DNA of 64,000 bases from the NCBI GenBank assembly GCA_010015585.1, contig ML975171.1. The stretch is one strand, 5' to 3'. The notes under the pieces are model-generated. The model had not been told where the DNA came from, did no database searches, and saw only the letters and a list, made by a program, of their open reading frames with translations. The DNA comes from Eremomyces bilateralis CBS 781.70 (taxonomy: Eukaryota). This document shows, in pieces, positions 40,976 through 55,652 of this stretch. The first letter of the stretch is position 1. Each line of letters starts with the position of its first letter. The translations under genes were made by a program, and so were the position numbers.

Positions 40976-41004
40976 TGACCCAGACCCTGACCCTGACCCA
41001 GACC
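40976..41004 (+). repeat. Degenerate 6-bp microsatellite (GACCCT/GACCCA) x~5
   Basis: tgacccagaccctgaccctgacccagacc. Confidence 0.75.
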
Positions 41005-41370
41005 ATCCACAATTGCGTCAATTGTATCCACATTCCACACGATGTTCACGCGTACTACACCATGAAGCCACGATTTGGAATACGATACGTCTATTAATCT
41101 TGTAGATCGCTAGGTATTCTATTCTATCTAAGGTATGGACTCGGGAAATGCTACCCCCATAACAATTGACAAGTGTGACGAACCACTACCCACCCAACGA
41201 CACCAACGCGTCCCTTGCATCATGATGCTTCCCGGTCGTGTTGCTGTTCATTCCGGCTATCGCCATCCCACAAACAGTAATTAATAGAGTGCCTTGTGAA
41301 TGATATCTGTGTATTGTGAACCCTTACTCTTCAAAATCCGTTCTCCAAAGCTAACATTGACGATGGTCGG

Positions 41371-44300
41371 CTATTGGTCTTCAGACCGTTGATGGTGCCA
41401 GAACTTGAAGATCTTCCCTCGAGCTCTCTGACCTTTCGCGCTGACCTTGTTCGTGAGATTGCTGAAGATCGCCGGACCGGGTGTTCGCGATAGAATCCAC
41501 CGCTTAGGCTCTGAATGACCGAGCTCCTTCGCACGCTGGGGGCAAGCCTCCAGCTTCTCCTTGGCACGATCCGAGGGAGATTCTCCGTGGAGCGTTGGGT
41601 GCCGAGTCGCAGGGTTTGGTTGTGCCAGCAGATCATCCTTTCCAGGTAATCTATCCTCTTTAAGTGCTTTTCGGCCACGGTTAGACAGCCTTTTGCGTGT
41701 GGGTACCCGATCGGGCTCGAAGCCGCCAGGGAGAAATGTCGTTGGGGTATTGTGAAAGCCCACGACCCTCGGGGCTCGATGATTCCCAGTGGCCGCTCTT
41801 GACTTCTTTGAGGTAGTGTGCACAGTACGGTGTGCGGGTGGCTCCTCGACTGTACACATGGGACTGTGCCTTCCGTGACTTGTCAAGCGCTTGGAGATGT
41901 TGCTCGAGATACTCGCCATGCTGAGCTTCCTCATGACCGAGTTTGCCGAGGCGCGAAGGGTGTTCTCCTGGCGTCTTCCACTCATTCCCGGGAAAGGTAA
42001 TGCATCTCGCGTCCAGACGTCCGCAAGTGCGTGCTCAAGTCGGATCCGCTCAGATCTCCGCGGTGCTAAGATCGGTATTGATGCGGAGGAAAGATGAGAC
42101 TTGGAGCGTCCAATCGAAGCCTGAACCTTAGCCTCCCCTGTAGTGCTCTGTGCGTATGTGGTTCTGATGATCACTTGATGTGGGCTAGATCTCGGGCCCA
42201 CCGTCGCTGCTCGCTGAATTGGAACTCGTGTTCCTGTCTGCGGAGGCTGTTCGAAGCCGTCGAAGATCGAACTGAATGGTTTCAGGCCACCGATGAGCTG
42301 AGAGAAGATGTCTCCAGCGGAGCCAGTGCCTGATGCCTCAGACGATTCAGAAACGATTTGAGTTTCCAGATGTCTTTTCCAATCTTCTTCCTCATTCTCA
42401 GAGCAAGCGGACAGGATGAGTTCGTACAGCTTGCTCTGGTGTTCGAAAACAAGTTTCCATGAAAATGGCGCCGTGTGACATTGGAGGCCCATCCCGTTGT
42501 CCACGGCTTCAAGCGTGCACTGTGACAGATGGATAACCGCCCAAACACTGTACGAAGAACTGTGTTTCATCGGCACGGCAAAGAGAAAATAAGACTTGAA
42601 CAGAACACAGACAGCATACGTTCCCTTGACCTCTGCAGGAGTTTCGAAGGCCATGTGGAGCACGCCGCATACCATAACATGGCCAAGGAGCCGCAGAACC
42701 ATCCCGGCAGGAAGATGGTGCTCTTCGGTGAAGACTAAACGGTCCTGCAGCTTCCAGGTAGTCTCGATCATCTTTCGCTTTTTGGCATCGTCGCGTGCTT
42801 TGTTGACTGCTTGTGCCATCTCTTGCAGCCGGGAAAGCGCCTTTTGGATTTGCTCATGGGATTCTGGATCATCGCAGACGGGTGTCTGTCTGCAGAGCTC
42901 GGCAAAGAACAACGGGTACTTGCAAATTCTCTGGACAGGCTACTCTCCGTCAGCGTTGTATCCGACCATTGTAGAAACCTATACTGACTTTGATCAGCAG
43001 GTCTGCAAAGGTCAAGGCCTTCTTGTTGCCCATCTCCCGGTGGTTGAGCGAGCTTAGGGATATGGATAACACTTCAATGCCTCGTTCATAACTGTTCCAG
43101 CCTGGAATGGATTTATTCGTCGAAGACACGTCATGATTCATGATGTCGAGGTGAGATGCGTAAGCCTCATAGGTAAAGAATCGATGCATCTGTCGAATAT
43201 TCGTCAATAATATCCCAATCAGCAAAACAGTATCCACAGATGCTCACGAAGATGTTGAAGACACGTGCCACAGCTGCTGCTTGGCGACCATCGGCAATCG
43301 AACCTTGGAAGCGAGGATCCGTTGTATCATAGGAGTCGAGCGAGTATCTGCCATGCTTTCTGAAATGCAGATGACGGACACGATTTGGCAGCCCGTCGTC
43401 ACTACGCCAACGAGTGTGGCGAGGCCTTCGCGGCCTATTTGAGTCGGATGACTTTCCTTGCCCCGTGTCAGAATAAGGGAAAATAAGCTGCAACTCCCTG
43501 AATAGGTCCTGGTGAAGTTGTTGAAGTTCAGCCAAAGTCCGCTGGACCGAGCCCTTCGTTTTGGCAGACGTCGTATGAGTCGAGGCAAGAAGCGTGAAGT
43601 AGACCTGTTTGCTTTAGCCCTAGCCAAATTCAGAAACCTCACGAGTTCTGATGATATACGTTTGTCAATGCCTTCAAGTCGTCAATGTAGCTTTCTTCTG
43701 AAGAAACAAGTTCCTCCAAAATCTTTCTCCTCTGGACAGCGCGGGACCAGGCCGCTTCATCGATCCGGTAGTTCATGGACATGGTGTTACTTTCGGTTGA
43801 TATCCGAGGTTCGGTGCCACTGCTCCTCCCCTGAGTGCGTCTTCGGCTGGGAGCGAGACTATGTCTCCTCGAGTGTGGCGCGGCGCTGGCACTTGTCATG
43901 GTAAACGACGCTGAATTTACCCTTGCAACAAGCCCAAGCGATGATGTGATAGACAAAGACTGGCGGTGACCATGAGACAGTGGGCCGTAATATTCATGAC
44001 GATGGAAACCCGAGTGTGAACCGCCTGCGATGGGGCCATGAGTATGGTGAAAAAGGATTGGCATTCGCCGATTCGCACTTCGCTTTCGCAAGGTATTGAC
44101 CCAACGCCGAAAAGGCGCCCGTGTGGTCTCGGTCACTCTATGTTGTTTCTCGGCCTCCAAGTCGTCGCCCGATGGAGAGACGGTCAACTCGATATGCAGT
44201 TGCTCCAGGGGGCTCGTTGCTGCAATTGCCACTGGCTCTGAATATACGGTCGGCTCCGGAGCATCCCGGTCGACAACTTTTGAGTCTGGTGCCACGTCGC

Positions 44301-44715
44301 CAGTATGGAAAATCTCTGACCCTCGTTCATAATGAGCTTGGACTGAGGGCTCGCTCTCGGGCCCACGACTCGAGATGTCTAGGCTAAGCTGGGCAATATT
44401 GGAGAATGGTGCTGTCGCCGAAGAGTGTCTGCCGTCCGCTTTCGGAAACGAAAATGATCTCGAGGATGCTATAGGAGCTATGTTCTCCTTGCCGGGATCC
44501 TGTCGTAGAGATTCGGGCTGCCATGAGCGTCCACCCAACGATATGGCCGACGAACGAGAACCGCCCGACGTATTGTGTGGAGAGAAACGGCGTACCGTAC
44601 AGATGGAATCATGGTCACTCGGAGGAGTATATGACCGAGCGACAGGTGAATCGGTGAAGGCTCGCTCGGATGGAAATAGACCTGGGATAGGACAAACAGA
44701 CAGGATATCGGCCAT
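41371..44715 (-). CDS. Rho guanine-nucleotide exchange factor (DH + PH domain), 4 exons
   Basis: RRKILEELVSSEESYIDDLKAL, LTFADLLIKPVQRICKYPL, PH-like GHVMVCGVLH..WKLVFE..ELILSACSENEEEDW. Confidence 0.9.
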
Positions 44716-45320
44716 GACGCTTGGGTTGTTACAACTGGATTATTAGAGGCTACCAAGTCCATTGGTGATGCAGAGAAACCATGAGCCAAAGAATGGCAAG
44801 ACTTTTGAGAGGTATATACCGGTAATGGAGAGTAGAAAACATAATGGAGAAACAGGAACTTGACAGAAATCATTTGACTGCCGCTTGCCAGCACTGGGGA
44901 GCGGTTCCGGCTTCTAACAACGGCGTCATGAGCCGACCATATCAGATGTGATACAGGAAGGCAGGAACCAAGGGAAAATCCCAAGATCGTACCTCTCGCC
45001 TGAAACACTAAGTGCACAACCAAGGGCATTTATGTTGCGTTCATTCATCATCCCCAGACTGTAGGAAGCAAGGAGATTATTTACACCCACATATCGACGC
45101 CTACCTATATGACTCGAGTCTCCAGATCCCGAGGAATTTTTCTCACTGCTCTATACTGATATGATACACTGCGCATGGTGTAATTTGAGCAGATTGTAGA
45201 GAATGTGAAGATTCGGATTAGGAATGGTAGAAAGTTGTCGAGAATCGCGAGATGGATTCCAGAACACTTCGCGTCGTCCTCATTTCGTCTGCCTTGCGAT
45301 CACGTGGACATCCCCATACT

Positions 45321-45329
45321 TTTGCCATC
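45321..45329 (-). promoter_or_regulatory. PACE/Rpn4-like site GATGGCAAA upstream of NAS2
   Basis: One mismatch from the yeast PACE GGTGGCAAA, ~160 nt upstream of a proteasome chaperone gene. Confidence 0.25.
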
Positions 45330-45488
45330 AAAGATTCATGTTTCATTCCTTTGAAAACACAGCTTTATTAGGGCACTTGAACTTCGGACTTACGAAGGGT
45401 TGAGAACAAATTCTAACCCAATAAACTCCAGAAGCTTTCAAATACAAACAATCTCCACTGGACGGGAGAACCTCCCAGCGCCCTAACC

Positions 45489-46336
45489 ATGGACGATATA
45501 CATACCCCCACGGTCGAATCAGGTCCTACGTCCAACGGCGTTCTTAATGGGCAGATACCAGCTAATCTTTCTCTCCTCGAACTTATGGACCGAAGAGACG
45601 CAGTAGAAGCGGAACTCAAAGCACTCAGTAGCGTACTTCAGTCTGTTAGTGACGGCCGTGTGCTTGTGGATATCATTTGGATACTGATCAGGAGAGCAGC
45701 ATGGAGTCCACATGAGTACGGGTCTTACGACTATTGACGGATTTCCTAGAAGTGATATTGACGTGGCACAAAGTACGTTGTAAGGGGCTCAAGTGGATAG
45801 AATCGCGTCCTGATGATTTGTCTAGTACGGACGACACGGGTTCGAATCATACACCTGCGAAACGATTACAAAGAACTTATGGGACGCATCGAGAAGGGTC
45901 TCCATGCCCACCATGCAGCGATACGAGAACGCGGTGCCCAAGACGCGTCGACAACAAGTGGTCTCTCGGCTTCAAGTCCAGCTGGAATAAGCGAATCTTC
46001 TTTGGAGGCGCCATTTGCGAAAGTCAACAGTGTGGCAGACGGCAGTCCCGCTCATACCGCTGGATTGCGAGCTGGCGATAAGATCACCAACTTTGGCATT
46101 GTCGACTGGACGAACCATGAGCGACTGAGCAAGGTGGCCGAAGTGGTCCAGCAAAACGAAGGGGTAAGCCAGCTAATACAATGTGGATGAGGTGCAAGAG
46201 ACACAAGGCTAATACCAACCAGCGTCCATTAGTGGTCAAGGGTATTAGAGGCGTGTCAGGCATGACTTTCACGTTAACACCACGTCAGAACTGGGGAGGA
46301 CGCGGGATGCTAGGCTGCCACTTGGTTCCAATATAG
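45489..46336 (+). CDS. NAS2: 26S proteasome assembly chaperone Nas2/p27 (PDZ), 4 exons
   Basis: MDDIHTPTV, DGFPRSDIDVAQ, RIIHLRNDYK, PFAKVNSVADGSPA..AGL, C-terminal LTPRQNWGGRGMLGCHLVPI. Confidence 0.92.
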
Positions 46337-46685
46337 AGCCGCTTTGTGTGACCGCAGTAGAGGCAGAAGTTATGTCTCTGGTTGCCTGACTCCTCCTGCG
46401 AGTTGACAGCAGGATGTCGATGCTTGATGGAACATGGTTCGCAAGGATAGTGACGATATCACGGGTACTTGGCCGGGAGAACTTATCTTCCAAATAAAGA
46501 CTCTTTCATGAGGTAGAATGAAATTGGTCCAGACAGAGAATCTGCTGTGGTGAAATAATCCGTAGTGAGTTGAATGATCTGCTCATTGGCTGAAGTGAAG
46601 GCTGTCGAAGCGTTGAGCGCCCTGCGGCCTGCGCCACAGCTCGTTCCCTCTGCAACGCAGCGTGACGTTAGACTTGGCGCATTTA

Positions 46686-46693
46686 TCACGTGA
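46686..46693. promoter_or_regulatory. Palindromic E-box TCACGTGA (Cbf1/SREBP-type bHLH site) upstream of Ran
   Basis: ATCACGTGAC about 235 nt upstream of the ATG, just before a pyrimidine-rich leader. Confidence 0.4.
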
Positions 46694-46927
46694 CCAGTGC
46701 CAGCACTGCACAGCAGATCGTCGTCAACACACCGAAAAACCTCAGGTCATTGCCTTCTGGATCACTTTCTTCTCTCCCTCTCTTCAACACCACCAAACCC
46801 CACCGACATCATCTATCATCAAGCCCCACGGACCTTCTTGATTACATATATCCCGTTCAGTACCGGGTTTCCCAAGTCGTACATCCAACATTCCCTCCTT
46901 TCGATAATCCCAACAAAGTCGCGAATC

Positions 46928-47858
<931 letters not shown>

Positions 47859-48090
47859 ACGGGTCGCAAGCTTGCTTGGAATAGACGAGGGGCGAGGAAC
47901 CGAGCTCCTGCATCCCTTAACGGTACAGACGCTATGAAGGTGCTGAGTCGAGAGTGGGACGCGGTTTGCATGGAACGAAAGGTTTAGATAGCGAAAATAT
48001 CGGTGTTCAGACTTCACTTGAACGTCTTTCGGGGGTTCACTTTGCTGCGTAAGAACCAAGCAGATAGAAATGAGCATAACTTATGAATCG

Positions 48091-48140
48091 GCCGTCTGCC
48101 GCGATGCCGTCTGCCGCGATGCCGTCTGCCGCGATGCCGT
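48091..48140 (+). repeat. Perfect 15-bp tandem repeat (GCCGTCTGCCGCGAT) x3.3
   Basis: Read directly from the sequence. Confidence 0.95.
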
Positions 48141-49709
48141 TGTCCAGATGATATTACCCACCGTGGCCTCGTGCATAAGCATCAACCATTGCCCCTAGCT
48201 GATGCTCTCCATCATCGCCCATGGTATATACAAGGCCTGGCTATTTTTGCCTGGTCAGCAGCTGTGCAGTCAGTAATAAATATAATGTGCGCTAGGGATC
48301 AATTTGGAGGAGAACCGGCTCGCGATGCCGTGCGCCGGTGCAAGTCTTACCCAGAATATTAAAGTATCCGTCAGCCTGAAAGTCGCAAAGTATCTGATAT
48401 TCTTCTCACTCACATCTTTAACCTGTAGGAGGGATTGCCTCCGTTTAGGTCGATGGCAGATTCAGAAAGTCGAGTGTTCTGGTCCCATTCGAGAGCGGGC
48501 GCTGATTGGTCAGGTTGAACAGCCACATCTCAAGTTCTCAACCAATGTTGTGACAGCTGGGGCACAACACCGCTTCAGTTGATCGTCACTTCGAACTGAT
48601 TTCATCTGGGGAAAACGATATTTTAATAATCGTCTGCGTATGATCGAGCATTGTATTCCCTAGGACCTAGTTTACCAAGCACTTCTTTGCTCGCAACTAG
48701 CCGGCACTGAGGTGGTACGTGTATTTGGTAGTACTACCTAAGTAACCCACACCTTCCATCGTAGTCAAGCCAAAACACTATGTCCGGGCGGTGATATTTG
48801 TTGTGCCGTGTGCGTCAGTACATATGTAACTACCCGTCCTGAATTGATTCGTCTCAAACTCTCAATTAATCTCACTGCCTTTGAGGTACACGCTAGGTAC
48901 TCTTGGGAATCTTTGCCGCCGTGTGGGGGCTTCCAGCGATGGACTGTGGACCAGCTAGTCTTGCGTGATTGCCTTCACGTTGAAACAACCCCGCCAAAAT
49001 CGATGCTCAGGAAGGATGACGGAGTTCATGCCCCCCCTTAGTCCTACTCATGCTGTACATCAGGACCAAATGCGATGAAACATCATTCAGCGTGGCGATG
49101 ATCATTCACCGCTAAAGGATGGTCACTATCAGCACTTGAACGAAAATGATTCGATTGTTGTACTATTCGGTTGAGTAATCCTTTGATTCTCGACGGCACG
49201 ACCTATATTTGGGTAATAAAATCAGTGGGATGTTCGTAAGCATATCCACAAGGCGTCCATCACGGATATCGACAGGCTGGAACAACCACTACTGTGGACT
49301 CCTGGATTACGAACATTGCGCATCTAGGCACCCGGAACGCCTCCATAGATCCTCCGAGGTGGAGGTCGGCCTGCACAAAGGCGGGGGAGGGGTTCTCCCA
49401 CGATATCAGAATCGCGGAGAGGGCGTTTGCGATCTCGAACTAACATTACCCCTCACATGGATCGTCTGGGCTAACGGAGTTGACGTGACAGTTTGGGTCC
49501 TGCTGTCCTTGTGTAGACCGTATATCCGCCCCAATAAAAGTATTCAAATAGAAGGTGGAGCTTGGAGTCCTCTTGCTTCCGAGTGTCGTTTTAAAAGTCG
49601 CTGGCCCTTCCGACATCTCGGTTATTTGACCTTCAATTCCTATCTTCCTTCTTTTCTCCTACCTATCATTCCTACTTGAAAATATACGTCCATTGGAAAT
49701 TTCGCAACC

Positions 49710-51497
49710 ATGTCTCCCTCCAAAGTCAGTGTCGACTTCACCAAGTTCTACAATATCGTCGACGGCCAGAAGAGATCGGCAGCGACTCAGCATCAAGGTA
49801 TCAACCCCGGCACGCAAGAATCCCTTTGGGACGTCCCCATTGGAACTCAGCAAGATGTCGACGATGCTGTCGCCGCTGCCCAAAAGGCGTTCAAGAGCTG
49901 GTCGGCTACCTCAATCGAGAAGAGGACGGAGTTGATCAACAAGTTTGTCGAGGTCTTTGCCCAGTATACGGATGAGATGATCCAGCTTGTGCAAAAGGAG
50001 ACCGGCAAACCCGTAAGTATTCCCCCTTGCTAGAATTTCCCGACCAAATTATGGTTGGGTTGTTCGTGATCCTCGATACTAATTCTCATATCTGGATATA
50101 GAAACAATTTGCCGCTCAAGAAGTCTCGGGCGTTGGCATATGGGCCGCAACCACGGTGACCCATAAATTGCCAGAGGAGAAATTTGAAGATGCTGAAAAA
50201 GTCGTGACCACTCGCTATACTCCGCTGGGCGTCGTCGGCGCCATCTGCCCTTGGAACTTCCCTGTCCTCCTCGCCGTCGGAAAGGTTTTTGCGGCAATCT
50301 TCACGGGAAATACCATCATCGTGAAGCCTTCGTAAGTTGGGAATATCAGGTCTTTGTTTGGTTTCGGCCTACTGACGATCCAATCCAGTCCATTCACTCC
50401 ATACAGTGCCTTGAAGATCATCGAGATCGCACAGCAGGTCTTCCCCGCCGGTGTTATCCAGGTTATTGGTGGCGACGACAAACTCGGCCCAATGCTGACC
50501 ACCCACCCTGGTATCGCTAAGATCTCCTTCACGGGATCCATTGCTACGGGAAAGAAGGTTATGGAAGCTGCTTCCAAGACCTTGAAGCGTGTCACCCTTG
50601 AACTGGGCGGCAATGACGCTTCTATCAGTATGTGATGGTGCCTCAGAAGGGCAAGGTGCAGGGAGCTAACGCTTGGTAGTTCTCCCTGATGTCGATATTG
50701 AGAAGGTCGCTCCGCAGGTTGCATTGGGTAGGCAATAACACCCCTTTTGTGATAGATAAATACTGATCGATGGCTTAGGTGCGTTCGTGAACTCCGGCCA
50801 AGTCTGCGTCGCTACCAAGCGTATCTACATCCACCAGGACATCTATAAGCCGTCAGTATATCCAATCCTCGAAACAGCCACGCGTGCTTACATTAGACCT
50901 ACAGGTTCGTTGAGGCCATGGTCAAATTCACCCAGTCCCTCAAGGTCGGCAAAACCGACGACGAGGGTGTCTTGCTCGGCCCCATTCAAAACGCGATGCA
51001 GTACGAGAAAGTCAAGGGCTACTTCGAGGACTCGAAGAAGAATGGCTACAAGTTCGCTGTCGGCGCCGACACCGTGGCGACCAGCGAAGGGTACTTCGTC
51101 CAACCCACCATCATCGACAACCCGCCCGCGGATTCCCGTATCCATAACGAGGAGCCGTTCGGTAAGTTTCGACATGAATGATGTGCGTATCATGCGCTAA
51201 CTATCGATTCTAGGCCCGATCGTCCCGACCCAGCCATGGACCGACGAGGAAGAGGTTATCGCTCGTGCCAACAACACGAACACCGGCCTCGGCGCTTGCG
51301 TCTGGGGGAAGGATGTCGCTCATGCCGAGAACATCGGCAGGCGCCTGGAGGCGGGGAGCGTGTTCATCAACTCGTCCGAGAAGCCGACGCCGCTAGCGTT
51401 CTTCTCCGGCCATAAGGAGTCGGGCCTTGGCGGTGAATTTGGCGCCGCTGGTCTCCTTCCATACTGCAACGCCCATGTGATGCACGTATACAAGTAG
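49710..51497 (+). CDS. NAD(P)-dependent aldehyde dehydrogenase, 7 exons
   Basis: PWNFP, IVKPSPFTP, SFTGS, TLELGGND (catalytic Glu), NSGQVCVATKR (catalytic Cys), EEPFGP, FSGHKESGLG. Confidence 0.95.
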
Positions 51498-54400
51498 GGG
51501 CTGCAACTCGCAACGATGAAGACGAGACAATAGCAAGATGGCTCTTAATGACAGGGAATAGCTCTTCTACTGTATATTTCCATAAGGAACCAAAGAACTA
51601 TGATTCGCCACGACGACGCTCACACGCTTGATCAACCGTGATATCTGACATTAGCTGGCTCTGAGTTTTAAGGAACCTGACCCCCAATATCAGCGTATGC
51701 TTGGCCACCGAGGCACCGACCCTACACAGTGATTCGAATTATAAAGGATTGATGCGGTGGGACAGGACGTCAATCGATGAGCGTATTCAAGCAAGGTGAC
51801 CCCGTCACGTTCATCTGTGGTTGACTTAACGTGTTTACTCATCTTTCAGATGGAACGGGCCATCCACATGAGGCTGATTGATGTCGGCTTATCCTGAACT
51901 CCCGCCTTAGTTACCGGCTTACCCATTTTCCACCTCATGTACCTAATTGGGTTCCCAAGCTTTACCAGTTCGGGATTGTATTACTAGGATGGAGGCACCA
52001 TTGATACGTACTTATTTTGTCTACGGCTTACCAGTGCGCTGGGCCTGCGCCCTACAACAATGTGAGTTCCAGGCTTCCAGCAGTCGGAATACTGTGCCCA
52101 ACGTAATTACTCCGGACACACTACTTACTGAATCTTTGTGTACTGCCGATAGTCCGAGCGATGGCCGAGCCAAGCCTGGCCAGTTGAGTGCTTGTCGCCA
52201 CCGCTTTCAGCACCTGTTGTGAAGCATTTCCCAAGAATTCCAGTGGCTTGTCCCTCGTCTGCGATCAGTCAACGCGTCGACGGTGGCGTAGCAAGGACGG
52301 TCCCATCTAACTAGTTAGTCCTCATCATTAACTTAGGTTACTGTTCGTGTTGCGAATAAATGGGTTGAAAACGTGTAGCTTCGGGGATTTGGGGTAGTAA
52401 GGGTCCAGAAGAGCCGCCACACGTGGCAATCAGATGCCGGGTTCCAACTTCCAACTTCCAAGCAAATCAGGCTGAGCGTCCATCATCACGGATGTTATGT
52501 TAGGTAAAGTAAAACCGCGTCAAGTTTGACGTTTTTCGTTGAACTTCTAATTTGTTGTGACTTGTGAATCTGTCGGGCCACGGATCAAGCGGGACCTTGG
52601 CTCACTGCCTTCGACGTTCTAGCCGCATGCCGGTCTGCCGGATTGTAGCCCGAGCTGGGCTTCGACAATTGACGGTGAAGACCGAGCCCGGCCACGCGTA
52701 GGGCAGACCGGCAGATGTGTTTGAACCCATCCGTGTGCAATATGTATTACCTTTTGAAAGAGCCAAGAATACCCAACATTCGCTGTGCTATTCCTAAATT
52801 GAGCTTGTTCGAGGCGGCGCTGTCTCGGCGGATTAACCATGGTTCTTTGGGTCTGGTCTCTCAAACTCTCGATTGCTGCCGAGCCGGTAGATGTTAGGGT
52901 TCCGAAACCCGACTAAACCGAGGTGGAACTATCCAACATGCCTTACGGAATATGGAAATTAGGATTTTTTACGGAGTATTAAGGCAGAGTATTTGGGGAT
53001 AGCAAAAATAACGCTGTTGCGCTCAAGCTTGGAGAGGAGCTATTAAGCGCTGACGGGAATAACACGGTCATACCAGGACTCGTTGCTAGTATGCCTCCTG
53101 GTACCCGAACACCAAACGCCAACATTGCGGTTCTAAACGATGAACGAGTCCGAGAAAACCAAGTTCGATGTTGTATTAGGGATGATACCGTACGGAACAG
53201 AATAGATTAAACAATTCCACAGATGACAGAGGTGAGGCCCCTTTGCTCCAATACATCCTACGTACCAACAACCAGTCAGACGATAGCAAGCTAAAGCGCT
53301 TAGTGTACTGCACGTGCGCAATCATCCATAAGGGGCATTGTTCTGGAAGCCTGTGAATAGACTGTCAGTTGGTCAATGATCGATCTAAACAACATTGATA
53401 TTCAGGACCTTTGGGTCCTCTCGCGGATATCCGTGCCTTCAGGGTTCCTGAGTCCAGTCCAGTCGTCTTCCTTGTGGTGAGAGATCGAACCACAACAGCC
53501 AGCAACAGATCCAACGCCAGCTCAGGGGCGGCTTTGTCCGACGATCGCTTCAATCCGATCTTCCGAGTTGAGGTGCGAAGTCAATGCAACGTGCAAACAA
53601 GGAAGGTCGATCATTCGGCCATGTGTCAGTGACCGCATACAAGGAACCGCAGTCATCAACTCATCATTTCGAGAGAGCGGGATTGGCTTGTAGAACGCTC
53701 AGTTGAAGGGTGACGTTTCAGCTAAGTCTCGAAAGTCGGAGGTCAATCTCATTTTGTCATTCCAATTCAGGAGATCGTGCATTGCATCTCCTGCGAATAC
53801 TGGGAATGCTACACGCAACCTACGATGCGTCGAGAGTCGAGACGGGAGGGCACCAGGTCTCCCGTTTGTAGCTTGGTGGTGCAGGCAATAGACATTGTGT
53901 GGCATTCCTGAATGAGAAGCTGGACGTTTGTATACTGGAGTACACGCATCTACGTATCAATTACAAACGCGGAGACGGCTCTGGACGCGCGGGAATGATT
54001 CGACCAGGGATGATCCAGTCAACCAGAAGGACGTGGGCATTGACGAGCGTGTTATGCGAATATATGTGTAATGGCAACGCCGCTCGTGGGTTGCCTGCGG
54101 GATGAGGCTTGATGGCGGGATGGGACGACATTATGATGCATGGAGTGGCTGGCATCCCTTTCGTACGGTACCGTAGATGTTGGACTGTGATGTTCAATTG
54201 CTCGCTCGTTCGATTCTCAATAGAAATAACGCTATACAGTGACCTGCTGCTTGCGAGGACTGGGTAGGAATTAAGGAGCTGCAAGCCTGTAACGTTGCCA
54301 TCACCGATCGGGTATGGGTCGGACAGATCCGGTTCGTAGATCAGTGATACACATGATACATGAATCTTGATGCCGGTAGGTAGGTATTCCGTACCGCAAC

Positions 54401-55652
54401 GTACCAATGACAGTGAATAGGACGCGATGTTGTTCCTACCAGTCGGAGCCTCTACGACGGTGACATTAAGCGTTCAACATCGATCTTTTGACGTGCTCCA
54501 GGTTTAAACGTTCCGAGGGTTGATGTCTGGGCTCTGGAGTACTGGTATGGAAGTGCTCTAGAGCATGCTGTGTCGAGTTTAGAGCCTAGTGATTACTCTA
54601 TGGCACAGTAATATTGATGATATTAGGTGTGAGGGACGTAAGTTAGCGGCGTGTAGCGGCGGTCGGCGGTCGGCGGCGCAGGAAGTTCGGCAGTACCAGC
54701 GGGATCACCAGTGGATGATAGGCGACAGCTCGCTGCACTGCTGCCGTTCTGCGGCACCGCCTGCAGCGCTGCACCAGAAACCACCTAAAGTCCACGATGC
54801 TTTCCCTGGGCCCGCTGGGCCGCTCGGCGCGTTGGGCGAGCGAGTTGGCGGGCTAATCCACTAAAGGCCATAGTCGGTAGTAGTTAATGGTAGCAATGTA
54901 TTCGACGAACTGGTTCCGTTTCTCAATTCCACTCCCAAATGTCTCCAAGTCTCCCTCTGTCTTCCCATTGACCATTTCGTATTTCCATCCTCATCTGTCA
55001 CCAGGTTGTCTGTCAGATTGAAGATTTCCACCTCTTCTCTCATCCTTATCCGCCGCATCAACTCGACATCTCTGCCTCTCGCCCACTGGCCTGCTCTCCC
55101 TCCCCACGTCATCTCTTAACCCTCTGAGCACCCTGATCGCTAATTCCACACCCACCTGGCTGAACTTCATCGTCATCACTCGTCCTATATCTAATACCTC
55201 TATATCCCATTCCATCGAACCCATTAGAGCGGAATTACCTTTCAGTTCGCCGCCGTGATACTAGATTCTCACTTGGGACCCCCGACTCGCTCCAGCATCG
55301 TCTCGAATTTCGCAAACTGGAGTCCTCCGACACCCCACCGCCTCTAACATACTCTCCCCTTGCCACTGAACGGGGTCGAGAGTCAACCGCCGATAACACT
55401 CCTGTGTCGACGCCAACATATTCCTCGACATCCTGCCCTCCTCCGAGGCATCGTAAGATCTTCGGCAAGCCGAAGAACCGAGATCTTGCTTCGTGGCATC
55501 GCAAGGTTGGTGCCGAGGCCGCGGGCGGTCCGTCCACCTCGAGCCCGTTTCTCGAGTCCGAACCCCTCTTCGACCATCCTGGAGCCAGCACCTTCCCGCT
55601 GTTCGCAGCCGACGACGACGAGGCACAGCTTGCGCCAGAGTCCGGCAACGCC

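Noticed and set aside
46697..46927. 77-codon open frame upstream of the Ran ATG
   Set aside because: C/T-rich leader that avoids stops by composition; no near-cognate codon in a convincing context and the translation is not protein-like
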